Shown: one piece after another, positions 49,201 through 60,204 of the stretch
Position numbering within the stretch: position 1 is the first letter of the stretch
How the letters are laid out: each line of letters begins with the position of its first letter
Source of the DNA: Torpedo marmorata
Taxonomy: Eukaryota
Direction of reading: 5' to 3'
DNA length: 64,000 bases
NCBI GenBank assembly: GCA_977017645.1
Contig: OZ360236.1
Span: 44,826,001 to 44,890,000, forward strand
Notes under the pieces: generated by a model
The model's input: the letters and a program-made list of their open reading frames with translations, nothing else
What the model was told of the DNA's origin: nothing
The model's database searches: none
Program-made: the position numbers and the translations under genes

Positions 49201-52200
49201 GTAAGATTTAGAATGTTGACTGCCCAATAATTGAACCTAAAGTTTGTTAGGGCTAAACCTCCATTCTTTTAAAGTTTTTGAAGGTGAACTTTATTTAGGC
49301 GAAAGTGTTTGTTCTTCCATATATAAGAAGATAAGATTGAGTCAAGGGAATCAAAAAAAGACAGGAATAAAAACAGGCAAAGACTGAAAATGGTATATAA
49401 ATTTAGGTAAAATATTCATTTTAATAGAGTTGATTTGACCAACCAACGATAAAGAAAGGGGCGACCAGTTTGAAAACGCCCCGCTCACGTATTTTATTAA
49501 AGTGAGAAAGTTTTCTTTAAATAAATGTTTATAATTCTTAGTAATTGTTACACTCAAATAGGTAAATTGATTTCTTACAATTTTAAAAAGAAGGTTAGTA
49601 TTTATTGGTGCCAAATTGTTCAAAGGAAAGAGTTCACTTTAATGTAAATTCAACTTATAACCTGAAAATTGACTAAAATGAGAAAGTAAAGAAAGCATAG
49701 AAGGCAATGAGGTCTCCAGATTTGAATTAAAAAGCAATAAATCATCAGCATAAAACAAAACTTTGTGGGCAGTGCCCTTCCTTAAAATGCCAATAATATC
49801 CTTAGATTCTCAGAAAGCGATAGCTAAGGGTTCTAGAACCAGGTCAAAAAGCAATGGACTTAAAGGACATCCTTGTCTGGTTCCATGCTGGAGTTTAAAT
49901 GGTTTAGAATTCTGAAAATTAGTAAGAACGCAAGCAGAGGGTAATAGATATAGTAATTTAATCCATTGAATAAAGACAGCCCCAAAATTAAAATTTTCTA
50001 AAGTCTTAAATAAATAATTCCATTCTACCCAGTAAAAAGCCTTCTCCGCATACAGAGATAACACACATTCCAAGATCTCCTAAGAAGGAGAGTATATAAT
50101 ATTTAATAAATAGCGTATATTGAAATGGGAATACCTATTTTAATAAATATAGTCTGATCATCAGAAATAATAAGTGGCAAAATATTTTCAAGTCGACAAG
50201 CCAAAACTTTGGATAAAATTTTAGTATCAAGGTTGAGTAAAGAAATTGGCCTGTATGAAGAGCAGTCGACTGTATTTTAATTCTTTTTAAGAATAAGCAA
50301 GATGGAAGCTTCATAAAAAGACTGTGGCAGTTTGCCCAACTTAAAAGAATCAGAAAAAAACAAAGCATTGGTAAAGTGTAAGTAATGAGGAAAAAGTCTT
50401 ATAAACTTCTCCAGAAAATCCATCAGGACCTGGTGACTTTCCAGAGTGTAATGAATGTACAGCCTCGACAATTTCCTCGTACTAAATAGGTTAATCCAAC
50501 TGCTTTTGATTAGCAGCAGAAAGTACAGGAATATTTAATTGATCTAAAAAAATATTCATTACAATTTATCCTTATGAGATTCTGAACTATAAAGTTCAGA
50601 ATAAAATTCCTTTATTTCTAAATGATCAGTTGTCATATCACTATTAGCTTTGCGAATTTCTTTAATTTGGCATTTGGCTACTAAAGCTTTTAATTGATTA
50701 GCCAATAGTTTACCTGTTTTATCTCCATGAATATAAAATTGACTTTTACCTTTTAAAAGTTGGCTTTCAATTGGATACGTTAGAAGAGATCATATTTAGT
50801 TTATATAAATATGTCTGGAGCCAGAGCATACTTTTGATCTAATTGTTTCAGTTGGTTAGCTAAATCGGTTTTCTCTTTATTAGCCTTTTTCTTAATACTT
50901 GCAGTATAAGAAATAATTTGCCCCCTAATAAAAGCCTTAAAAGTGTCCCAGACAATAAGATTGGAAGTCTCTTCCGCAGTATTTTTTCAAAAAAGAAAGT
51001 AATTTGTTCCTCCAAGAACTTAAAAAAAATCTTTATCAGAAAGTAAGGTTGAATTAAAATGGCAATATCTGTTTATTTGGGGAAGACCAGGGAAGTTTAA
51101 AGATAAGAACACAGGAGCATGGTCGGAAATGACTATATTTTTATGTTCACAAGGTCAAATTAGTGGGATCATTTTTTGAATGTCAATAAAAAAAATAGTT
51201 GATCTGCGAATATGTGTGATGGATGTGAGAAAAAAACGAATACTCCCTGTCTTCTGGATGAAAAAACCGCCAGACATCAATAATACCACATTTTAGTAAA
51301 AAAAGATTGAATAAATAAAGCCGATTTATTAAAAGTGGCTGGTTTAGAAGACAAGTGGTCCAAAATCAGATCTAACCAGCAATTAAAGTCTCCTCCCATC
51401 ACTAGTGAGTAAAGGCTTAGATCAGGCAAGGATGAAAAAAACCATTCAAAGAATCCAGAGTCATCCACATTCGGAGCATAAACAATAGCAAACAATATCA
51501 ATTTATTATATAATTTCCCTGTCACGATAACAAAACGACCGTTTGTATCTGACACAACGTTATGTTGAACAAAAGAAATTGTATGATCTATAAAAATCGA
51601 TACCCCTCTGGATTTACCCTGAAACGAAGAGTGAAAATGCAACCCGTTCCATTGTCCAAAAAGACGTGTGTTGTCACTACTGCGTACATGCGTCTCTTGC
51701 AAAAATATAATTAGGACCATGAATTTTTTAACATAAGCACAAATCTTATTTTGTTTTACAGGGTGATTTAACCCTTTAACGTTAAAACGAAGTAAATTAA
51801 TAATTTAATCCATTTTAACTATTTTTTAAAAAGTAAGAGACTAGCAAATAAGGAGCTTATACCAATTATAATGAACAGACATTGAAAACAAGGTAACCGA
51901 AAACAGATGTGGCTTTGCAAAGCCAAAACAGCTTCCAAAGAAATGTTAACCCCCCTCCACCCTCCTCCCAAAGCCAGAAAGCCGACCAATAGACAGATGG
52001 CACGCTACTAATTAAATTGCCCATCCCCAAAATCTTCTGCTGACAAAACTCCAATATTATAATGAAACCTTAAATGTGTTCCAGACGAGACAAAACACAG
52101 CTACTGCAGCTGATGCCAAGGACAAAAACAGAGATAATCATTATGTTTTCACAATATTAATAAAGCTCATTAATCATTATTAACAAGGGAAAAACCTTAA

Positions 52201-52352
52201 AGTAAAGAATACACAGATATTAAAATATTAATTTAAATAGTTAAATCAGAATCAAAAAGCTTAAAATTTTATAAGCTAAATGACTAAAAAAGAATAAAAT
52301 GTCAAAAAAAACTCTAATCAAAATGTATAACCACTCAAGGCATTAACTCGTT
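46221..52352 (-). mobile_element. L1 family C (older): inter-ORF spacer, decayed ORF2 and 3'UTR; interrupted by an L1-A
   Basis: [24 protein letters not shown] and CDRC..H..WTCP; tail AATAAAAATATTGAAAAAGAAAGAAA. Confidence 0.88.
47136..48741 (-). mobile_element. L1 family A, 5'-truncated, nested in L1-C
   Basis: Perfect 16-bp TSD CATCTATGAAATTCTT (47120-47135 and 48742-48757); nearly identical to the 14.7-16.3k copy. Confidence 0.94.
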
Positions 52353-52354
52353 AA

Positions 52355-52700
52355 ATACAACACACAAATGCTGGAGAAACGCAGCAGGTCAAACAGTGTC
52401 TTTTATGTAGCAAAGGTAGAAATACATAACCGACGTTTCGGGCTTGAGCCCTTCATCAAAGTATGAGAAAATGCTGGCAGACGTCCGAACAAAAGAGTGA
52501 GGGGGGGGAAGGGGGGGTGGCAAAGGCAAAAATGATAGGTGGAGAAAGGAGGGAGGGGACAGCAGCAAAGAGGGGGAGGAGGGATGGCTGGATGGGTGGA
52601 AAAAAACTGGAAGGACAGGTAAGGGGGGAGGGGAAGGAAAAGGCAAGCAGGTTTAGTGGAAAGCAGAAAAGTCAATGTTAATGCCATCTGGCTGGAGATT
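52355..52700 (-). mobile_element. Penelope-like element 3' end (ORF tip, pyrimidine-rich UTR, terminal repeat)
   Basis: The reverse complement gives LQPDGINIDFSAFH*, then a C/T-rich UTR, the hammerhead motif and ..CTGCTGCGTTTCTCCAGCATTTGTGTG. Confidence 0.8.
52425..52466 (-). ncRNA. Minimal type I hammerhead ribozyme motif
   Basis: UUGAUGA-A-GGGC(UCAA)GCCC-GAAA-CG-UC, with perfect stem II, palindromic ACGU stem III, and CAUA/UAUG potential stem I. Confidence 0.65.
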
Positions 52701-52744
52701 CACGTATTAAAAGCTCCTTAGTTTGAAATTCATGAAAACACAAC

Positions 52745-52797
52745 ATTGTGGGCTGATGGGCCTGTACTGTGCTGAAGATTTCTATGTTCTATGTTCT
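52745..52797 (+). repeat. CR1/SINE 3' tail
   Basis: GGGCTGATGGGCCTGTACTGTGCTG..(TTCTATG)n. Confidence 0.65.
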
Positions 52798-52984
52798 CAC
52801 TGATATATCTGTAAATCAGATACAGAAACCACTGTGATATTTTTTGACAAAGAAGAAGGGATAAATATTGGCCTGGATGTTGCTGGTAAATAATGGCTCT
52901 TATGAATGAAACTGACAACATTTCTTAGTTAAATGCTAATGTTTGGCCATTTGTGCATGTGTTATCAAACACAGAAGTTCTGAT

Positions 52985-53507
52985 CAAATGAAGAGGAACT
53001 GGAGGTTAAGTATCATTTATGGAGAGAAATGGACAGTCAGTGTTTCGGGTCAGCACCCTTTTTCAAGACTCTGGTGGACAGGGTAGAGCGTAGGACTGAG
53101 AGGAAAAAAAACATTGGGAGAAGCAATTTATAGTGTGTACATATGGAAGATCCTGGATGGGGTATAACTGTAAGGCCTGGAAGTGGAGCTGGAATCCATG
53201 TGAAACAAGATAGCAGTGAAGACAAGTTGAGTGGTGGTGAGAATATATCAAAGAACTGGAGAGGAGCTGAATGTGCAATGGGGGGAGCAGTGGGAGAGAA
53301 CACAAAACTCCTATCAGAGGGAGAAGGAAAGCTTCTTCATACCTTGATGAGAATTTGCAGTGGACGGGAGTAAATGGAAGAAAAAGAACTGCAGATGCTG
53401 GAATCATGAGCAAACAATGAGAAACTGGAGCAACTCAGCAGATCAGGCAGCATCCATGGAGATAGAAGGTCAGTCAGTGTTTTGGGTCAGGACCTTTTTT
53501 TGAGACA
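52985..53507 (-). repeat. Two direct Penelope-type terminal repeats about 435 bp apart, with degenerate hammerhead motifs
   Basis: CAGTCAGTGTTTCGGGTCAGCACCCTTTTTCAAGAC (53034-53069) and CAGTCAGTGTTTTGGGTCAGGACCTTTTTTTGAGAC (53471-53506). Confidence 0.6.
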
Positions 53508-54754
53508 GGAGTTCCGATTTTATTTGTCAACATTTAATGGAGGATCCTTGACTCTTTCAATCATTGCCCTCCCCAGAACTCAATCTTCATGAGAATCTGT
53601 TCTCATATCCAATGGCACATAAGACCCCATTATTTCCAATGGAAGCTAATGATGATATAGTTGAGGGGGGTGGGGAGGTAGTGACAGATAAGGAGAAAGT
53701 AATTTTCCTTAACAAAAAAGTATCTATGTTTTGTTTTTATGCTTTTGTGTTCTTAGCTTTAAGAAATATAATAATTTTTACCTTTTAAAAAATATGTTTA
53801 TTTCATCATTTTTAAATGATTCTGAATGTAATAGATAACCTCAAAGCTTTAAATAAAACAATAGCTTTTGCAGGCAGCAAAGCTGGGTGTTGCCAACTGT
53901 AAAATCTATCAGAGTAAAGTTGAAGGTGGGCCTGATCCCGTGGTGCCTCTCTCGGCCCATTGCCACCTGGCTCATACAGCAGGAATCTAGAATGTGTTGG
54001 GGTCATAAAATATTCAGACACTGTCAGTGATTGCAAGCAAGTTCTGCTGGCAGGCTCACATAAGCATTGTCTGACCTGTGAAGTAATTTACATGACCTGT
54101 TGATCATCTTCCCTGCCCAAAATCACCTCCCTTGGTCTTCAGTTACAGAAGGCCAACGACACTGGCCTGAGGCATCCTAGTCTCACGCAGCAGAGCCTAA
54201 GTGCCAGCACTACCTATGGTGACACATTAAGTTGACATGCTACTGAAACACCACTGAAAGCTTTGGCAGCTGGCAAAGCCCCAGTCTAACGTTGCTGGCT
54301 GCAAACTGTGAGAGATTTTTAAATGGTTATTAAATGTTCCTTTCCGTCAGAGAATTTTAATAAGTATTAAAATTAAGTTAATGATTATGTGTTTAATTAA
54401 AAATATATTTCTAAAAAAAAACACCAAAAATTGCACATTTGTTCAAAAACATTAAACTGAACCAACTCAAATTTAAAGTAACATAACTAACTTGAGGGAA
54501 AGAATTAAATGTGTGTTCCCTCAGCATTGTGCTAGCCTGCTGTCAGTCTCAGGTTATAACAGTCGAGGGTCGTATAACCAATGTGGGTTCTCCAAAAAGA
54601 TACTTCTGAAGAACTGATAAGAGGAAGGGGACTCGAGCACACAACAGGAAATCAGAAGGACATCTGATAAAGGTGATAAGAAAGATCTAGCGATTTAGAA
54701 TGAAGCCCCATCAAGTAAAATTAGGCCTCATAAAATTGATGGGAAAGCACTGGC

Positions 54755-54808
54755 TACAAAGGGATATAAAAATACAAAGGGATATAAAAATACAAAGGGA
54801 TATAAAAA
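54755..54808. repeat. Perfect 18-bp tandem repeat x3 (TACAAAGGGATATAAAAA)
   Basis: Read directly from the sequence. Confidence 0.95.
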
Positions 54809-55779
54809 TGTTCAGGACTCTCGCTTGTTGGGGCTTTGCCATTGGACAGGGTCACGGCCAATGCCAGGAACAAAGGAATCAGAGAAGAAAGAGACTGAAG
54901 AAGTTTGACAGCTTAGAGTTTGCTTGACATTGATAAATATATGTAGTACTCTGGATGTGATTGATGACTGGGAAGTTAATAAATAATCTTGTGTTGAATA
55001 GTGATGTGCAGACTTTCCTTCTGTGTTCAAGTTACAGCTGAATCTGAAGTAAATGTAGGTCAGCGATATTTCATACACTACACTAACCTTCCCCATTGGC
55101 TTGCTAATTTGCACAAGATATGAGTGTCAATTCTACAGTGGAAAAGTGATGTGGTATTGATGGATTTAGCACCTGGTGCTGTACAGTAAGTTTGGGATTT
55201 CCATGTTTATACACATGAATGGGAGTCCCATAAATGCTGTAATTTAAATGGCTAAATGTCAGAAATTCAAGCGAGATCTAATTGATAATGCTTTTCAATT
55301 GTCTATGACTGGGGAAATGTGAAGCCACTGAAAATTTCCATCTGGTTAATATCATTGAATGATTCAACTTATTTAGAAATGTGTGTTTTGCCAGGACAGT
55401 GGGTATACAATGGAAGGAGCAAATATGAAATTTCAGAGTTTAGTAAGGAGTATTGCTAAAAAAAAAAAGATCGCTTGAAAGTTAAAGTAATGGGAGATTA
55501 CTTCTGATTTCTTTGCAATCACAGCTCGGATTCCCAAGACCATCCTTTCTGTCTGATAATTTGGTTAAGTGTATATCACAGCTGAAGAAGAATTTGGAGT
55601 TGGAGCAAAACCTATAATATTGGTAGGGTAAAGAATGGGGTGGCATTGAGGGAGCTTGAGAACCATGGAATCTAAAGAAGGTGCAGAACTTATCCCTCTC
55701 CAGAATGTTGCTTGGGCCACAGCTCAGAGAGGGGGTTCTTTTGTGCACGACAAAATTGGCACCAATAATGGGAAAAGAG

Positions 55780-56000
55780 GAGAATTGTCCAGAGGTGTCC
55801 CCTATCAGATATGGAAAATTCTGAGAGGACATGATGGGGTAGATGCTGAGATGCTGAGAGACTACTTCTCCAGGCTAGGCATAATGCCAGTATTAGGGTA
55901 CAATTATTTGAGAAAAGGAAAAAAAAACTTTATACCAAAAATTATTAATGTTTGGAATTCTCTCCCTCAGATAGTTGATTTAATTGAATATATTTAGTAA
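55780..56000 (+). mobile_element. Old CR1 3' fragment
   Basis: KILRGHDGVD..INVWNSLPQ. Confidence 0.55.
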
Positions 56001-56259
56001 TATGCCGGGAAATTCATCTCTGGTTAGTGCTGATAAAGCTGTTTCAAGTTCTTGTAACTCTTCAATACAGCCAAATTTCGGAAATCGCACCAAGCAACCT
56101 GTAATTATTATATAATACATTTATACTACCAATGAGGATAAGTTTCAATGGAATGGTCTTTGAAGTAATCAAAGGATACGGACACTGACAGATACAAAAC
56201 TTGATCAGTATTATCTTATTGAAGGGTGGTGCGGACTCAAAGGTGGAGATTACACTAAA

Positions 56260-56477
56260 CATCCGAGACTCTCATTTGTACAAAACAATATTTATTTATT
56301 TATTTTTATAGATACAATACTTGTCCTGCATATGTATTATTTGTCTGTTTGTGTGCTATGTCTGGTTGTGTGTCTGCGTGTTTTGCACCAAGGACCAGAG
56401 AATGCTGTTTCGTCAGGTTGTACTTGTACAATCAGGTGACAATAAACTTGATTTGACTTGACTTAATTTGACTTGAT
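56260..56477 (+). mobile_element. Rex1/Babar 3'UTR and tail (same family as 13857)
   Basis: TGTACTTGTACAATCAGGTGACAATAAA(CTTGA)n matches the reverse complement of 13857-13990. Confidence 0.8.
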
Positions 56478-56499
56478 TCACCCATAAGACTACGATGCT

Positions 56500-57150
56500 G
56501 ACCTCACATCAAGGACAGATGACTGTAGCCAAAAACTCTGGAGGACAGACAGCAAACCTGAAGCTATTGTTATCAGATTTTCTAAAGCATCCTATTTGGT
56601 CTTATAATCAATCTCAGCAAGCCAAGCCTTTTGTTCCAAAATGCCCTCAGACCAATCTCCTTTTCTGAGCTATCATAGGTCAAGACAAACAATTGGGCAA
56701 TTGGATATCTTTTGTCGTTATATCTGTACCATCCAAGAGATGGTTTTCTTGGACAATCCATCCAACTAACACTGAATCTGTCCTAACATCAAAATGATAT
56801 AATAGTCCTAAAATCTCTCCTCTGTAGTTCTATGCGAATGACACATTTAATGGCTCCGAGATTTGAAAATTTACCAAACATATCATCAGAATCCAAGAGT
56901 CCTGCCTCCAGAAGCAGAAGGTGGAAAGGTCATCTGTATAACAATTCAAAGTTGAACACTTTGTGCTGATGGATTCACACCAATACAAAGGAACTCATAC
57001 AAATGACTCAGGATAAGACCCACAGGCAGTTTCTGACAAAGTCAGCATGTAACATGCTTAAGTTGAGCACCAGAATTGGCTCCAGGCAGCACATGAAAAA
57101 GTGTTTCCGCATGCATCACAGCTGCGTATAGACTTCCCTGCCCACACCTC
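56500..57150 (+). mobile_element. Very old non-LTR RT remnant
   Basis: GATTTTCTAAAGCA resembles DFSKA, with a downstream PQG-like segment; barely readable. Confidence 0.3.
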
Positions 57151-57295
57151 TTGACTGTGTGTCATATGTGTACCTTCAGGTAGCATTTTGACAACATCAT
57201 CATGAGCAGTAACAATAATGACAAATTGCTAGAGCAATTTTAGATTTGTTTAAAGCAAGTCCATACTTAGGAAATATTGTGCACTAATTAGGGAA

Positions 57296-58364
57296 CAGAA
57301 TATGGCGGTGCTGCTGGAACTGCTGTAATGGCAGTGCTGCCGCTGGTGCGGACCCGTGGAGAACAGGGAGCGGAGACAGAGCGCTCCCGTGGGGTCCAAC
57401 TGCCCGGTCCAACTGCCGTCAGCTCTGTACAGGCTTTAAACGGCCCCGGAGTCTGCACCTAAGATGGTGGCGTCTATGATCAGCACCAGGCACGAGGGGC
57501 TACAGATTCCAGGGAAGCAGAGGACTGGCAAAGGGCACCAGAAAATGGGGAAACCACCCCTGTTTGAGAAGGAGAAGCAGAGGAGACAACCCACGGGATG
57601 GTGGCCATGGCGGCAGATCAGTGAGGGGTTCTGCAGCTGATGAACATACAGGCAGCAGGCTGTTGGCGACTTGAGGCGAGGAACTCGTGCAGGCTGAGGG
57701 CTGCTAGCGACTGCAGTCAAGGGATTCACACCAGGTGGCGGACTGCTGGAGACTAGCTCGAGACTGGCTGAAGGGGTACCAGGTGTGGTGGAACACGGTA
57801 CTGCGGGCATGTACGAGCATGTCCTCACTGGCTCACTGGGCTGCGCAGGCTGGCCCGCCTTCTGTACCTGTAGCCCCTCCCCATAAGATCCCCTTATAAA
57901 GGCTGAGAGCCCTTGTCTTCTCCCTCATACCTGCCTTGGACGTGAGCCAGCAGCATGTAGAGGCATGCCTGGGTTTTCTGATTAATAAAGCCTTTGATTA
58001 CTTGCTTCGTGTCTGCGAGTGGTCATTGATCGCGCTACACCAGGTATTGGAACCGGGATGCGAGAGGGTGCCGAGGGCGCTGAAGGTTTCCTGATTGTGT
58101 TGGAGGTTTGGATCTGGACCTCGGACTGCTGAAGGTTTGCACTGGACTCTGTGTGGCTGCGGGGGCTGCAGCAGCATGGGGGCGAATCCAGAGACACTTG
58201 GTGACTCTGAGGGGACTCCCTTTTGCTTCTCTTTCTCTGACTGTAAGCGGCGCTTCAGGCAGTTTCTGCCAATGGCGAATCTGTCTGCCTTACGGCAGAT
58301 TAAGGCAGATTCCGTGTAGTATTGCAGTGTTTTTATTACATGACATTAAAGGAATCTTGAATCT
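57296..58364 (+). mobile_element. Non-coding GC-rich retroposon (~0.8 kb without its nested LTR) with Rex1-like tail
   Basis: Starts AATATGGCGG and ends ATGACATTAAAGGAATCTTGAATC; a second copy lies at 24341-24815 and a tail-only copy at 59421-59467. Confidence 0.75.
57784..58039 (+). mobile_element. Solo LTR (256 bp) of a different LTR family
   Basis: TGTGGTG...CGCTACA termini, 5-bp TSD CCAGG, TATAAA at ~57895 and AATAAA at ~57984. The empty site (single CCAGG) is visible in the 24.6k copy of the host element. Confidence 0.92.
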
Positions 58365-58701
58365 AATGGGCAAAACATTAAATGTTTGAAGGCATGCAGT
58401 GACTATTCAATGAATGATGCCAAGAACAGGGAAAATTGTAAAGTGGAGGCACTTGAAACACCACTATTTCCACTCAAGTGGGGTTGGAATAAAAGTACTG
58501 GAGTTTTACTGTACGTCAATTCCATCTACTCTATCCAGGCGCCTCATAAATTTACATTTGAGTTGACCATGAGCTGTCTCTCCTCAGTTTGAATATAAAC
58601 CCCCAGCCCAAACAATCATTCCTTGTTGCCGTAAATAAATGTTCAGTTGCTTTTAGTAAGATGAGGACCAAAGCTGCATTCAATACTTTAAGTGTCTAAA
58701 C

Positions 58702-59008
58702 CAGTGGTTTTCAAACTGCCCCCCTAAACTCACATTCCACCTTAAGCAATCCCTATGCCATAAGTGTCCTGTGATTAGTAAGGGAATGCTTAAGGTGGTA
58801 TATGAGTGGGAAGAGAAGGTTGAGAACCACTGCTCTAGATCCAATTGTTACTGAAAAATTTTGCTTGAGAAAAATTGTCATTGGCCCATTTCCTTTGGAG
58901 TTATGAAACCGTGCACATAACGAGTCAATTAGGTACGATTAAAACAGTGGTTTTCAAACTTTTTCTTTCCACTCACATACCACCTTAAGCAATCCCTTCC
59001 TAATCACA
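58702..59008. mobile_element. hAT/Charlie-type palindromic MITE (58702-58832) plus an extra inverted arm (58945-59008)
   Basis: TIRs CAGTGGTTTTCAAAC and GGTTGAGAACCACTG; internal arms CCACCTTAAGCA and TGCTTAAGGTGG; flanks GTCTAAAC and CTCTAGAT resemble the NTCTAGAN target. Confidence 0.78.
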
Positions 59009-59489
59009 TTGATCTTTACTGGTATGTTTTCCTCCAATCCTACAATTCATGTTCAGGACATAGTAACAAGAGAAGGCAGTCCATCCATTCATGGCAGCAC
59101 AATCAGCAAACTAGATCATAACCAAATGATATTTCAGGTCATTCACCCACCTTTTCCATAGTCCTTTTGCCACCATTACTTTACCAAAATCTATCAATCG
59201 CACTTTGAAAATTCCAGCTGACAAAATATTGACAGTCTTTTGGTGACTGAATTTTACTAATCCTCAACCCACTTTTCTGAACAAAGAGCTTTTAGCCCCC
59301 TCTCTTTAATTTCTGTGTTCCCTCAGCCAATGTTTCTCATTCCCTACCATAATCCAGCTGCATTTACCTTCAGGCTTGTTCCTGTGCTATATTTCTGGAT
59401 CTCCTCTCCACCTCTTGCCCTGTAATATTGCACTGTCTTTATTACATGACAATAAATGGAATCTTGAGAATACAGCTTCTCATTTAAAT

Positions 59490-60170
59490 TCCTTGTTCTG
59501 ATCACAAACAAACTTATTGTGGATTTTAGGAAGGGGAGGCCAAGGAACCACTCACCTGTCCTGGGACGGAGGTGGAGAGGATTAGTACCTTCACGTTCCT
59601 GGAAATCCACATATCAGAAGACCTAATCTACAGCCAGCAGATCAAGGCAAGTATAAAGGAGGTACACAAACGCCTCTACTTTCTGAGGAGATTTGGTATG
59701 TCGTTGAATACTCTATCAGACCTCTAGAGGTTCATTGTGGAAAGTATACTGACTGGATGCATTGCAGCCTGGTTTGATAATTTGAGTGCCCAGGAATGCA
59801 GAAGACTGCAGAAGGTGGCAAAAAGCCAAGTCTATCATAGCCTCTGACTTCCCACCCACTGAAGACACTCAAGAAGGCAACCAACATCATAAAGGATTCC
59901 CCTCACTCTGGTCACAATCTCTTCTCACTGATACCTTCGGGAATAAGACAGAGAAGACTGAAGTCCAGCATTTCCTAAGTTCAAGAACAGTTTTTATCCA
60001 ATGGTTATCATGCTCTTGATCTTCTCTTGACCACCCTGATCAAAAACTACTCTGGCACCACAAAAAGACTGTCTACACGATTGAAACATCACTTTCGTAT
60101 CTTGCACTACTGATACTGTGATCATTTATTATCTATTTATCTTTTATATTCATTATCCCTTCCATAAAAT
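59490..60170 (+). mobile_element. Degenerate Rex1/Babar 3' fragment
   Basis: IVDFRK, RLYFLRR and ESILTGCIAAWF are readable across frameshifts. Confidence 0.75.
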
Positions 60171-60204
60171 AACAACATGTGCTATTAGAGTTTTTTTTTA
60201 TTTT

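Noticed and set aside
52389-52687. Proline-rich ORFs on minus
   Set aside because: Translation of the low-complexity pyrimidine-rich Penelope 3'UTR.
54755-54808. Direct repeats as a CRISPR-like array
   Set aside because: Head-to-tail repeats without spacers, in eukaryotic DNA.
54541-54930. Possible solo LTR (TGTCA...TGACA with TATA-like repeats)
   Set aside because: No matching TSD at either candidate end and no second copy.
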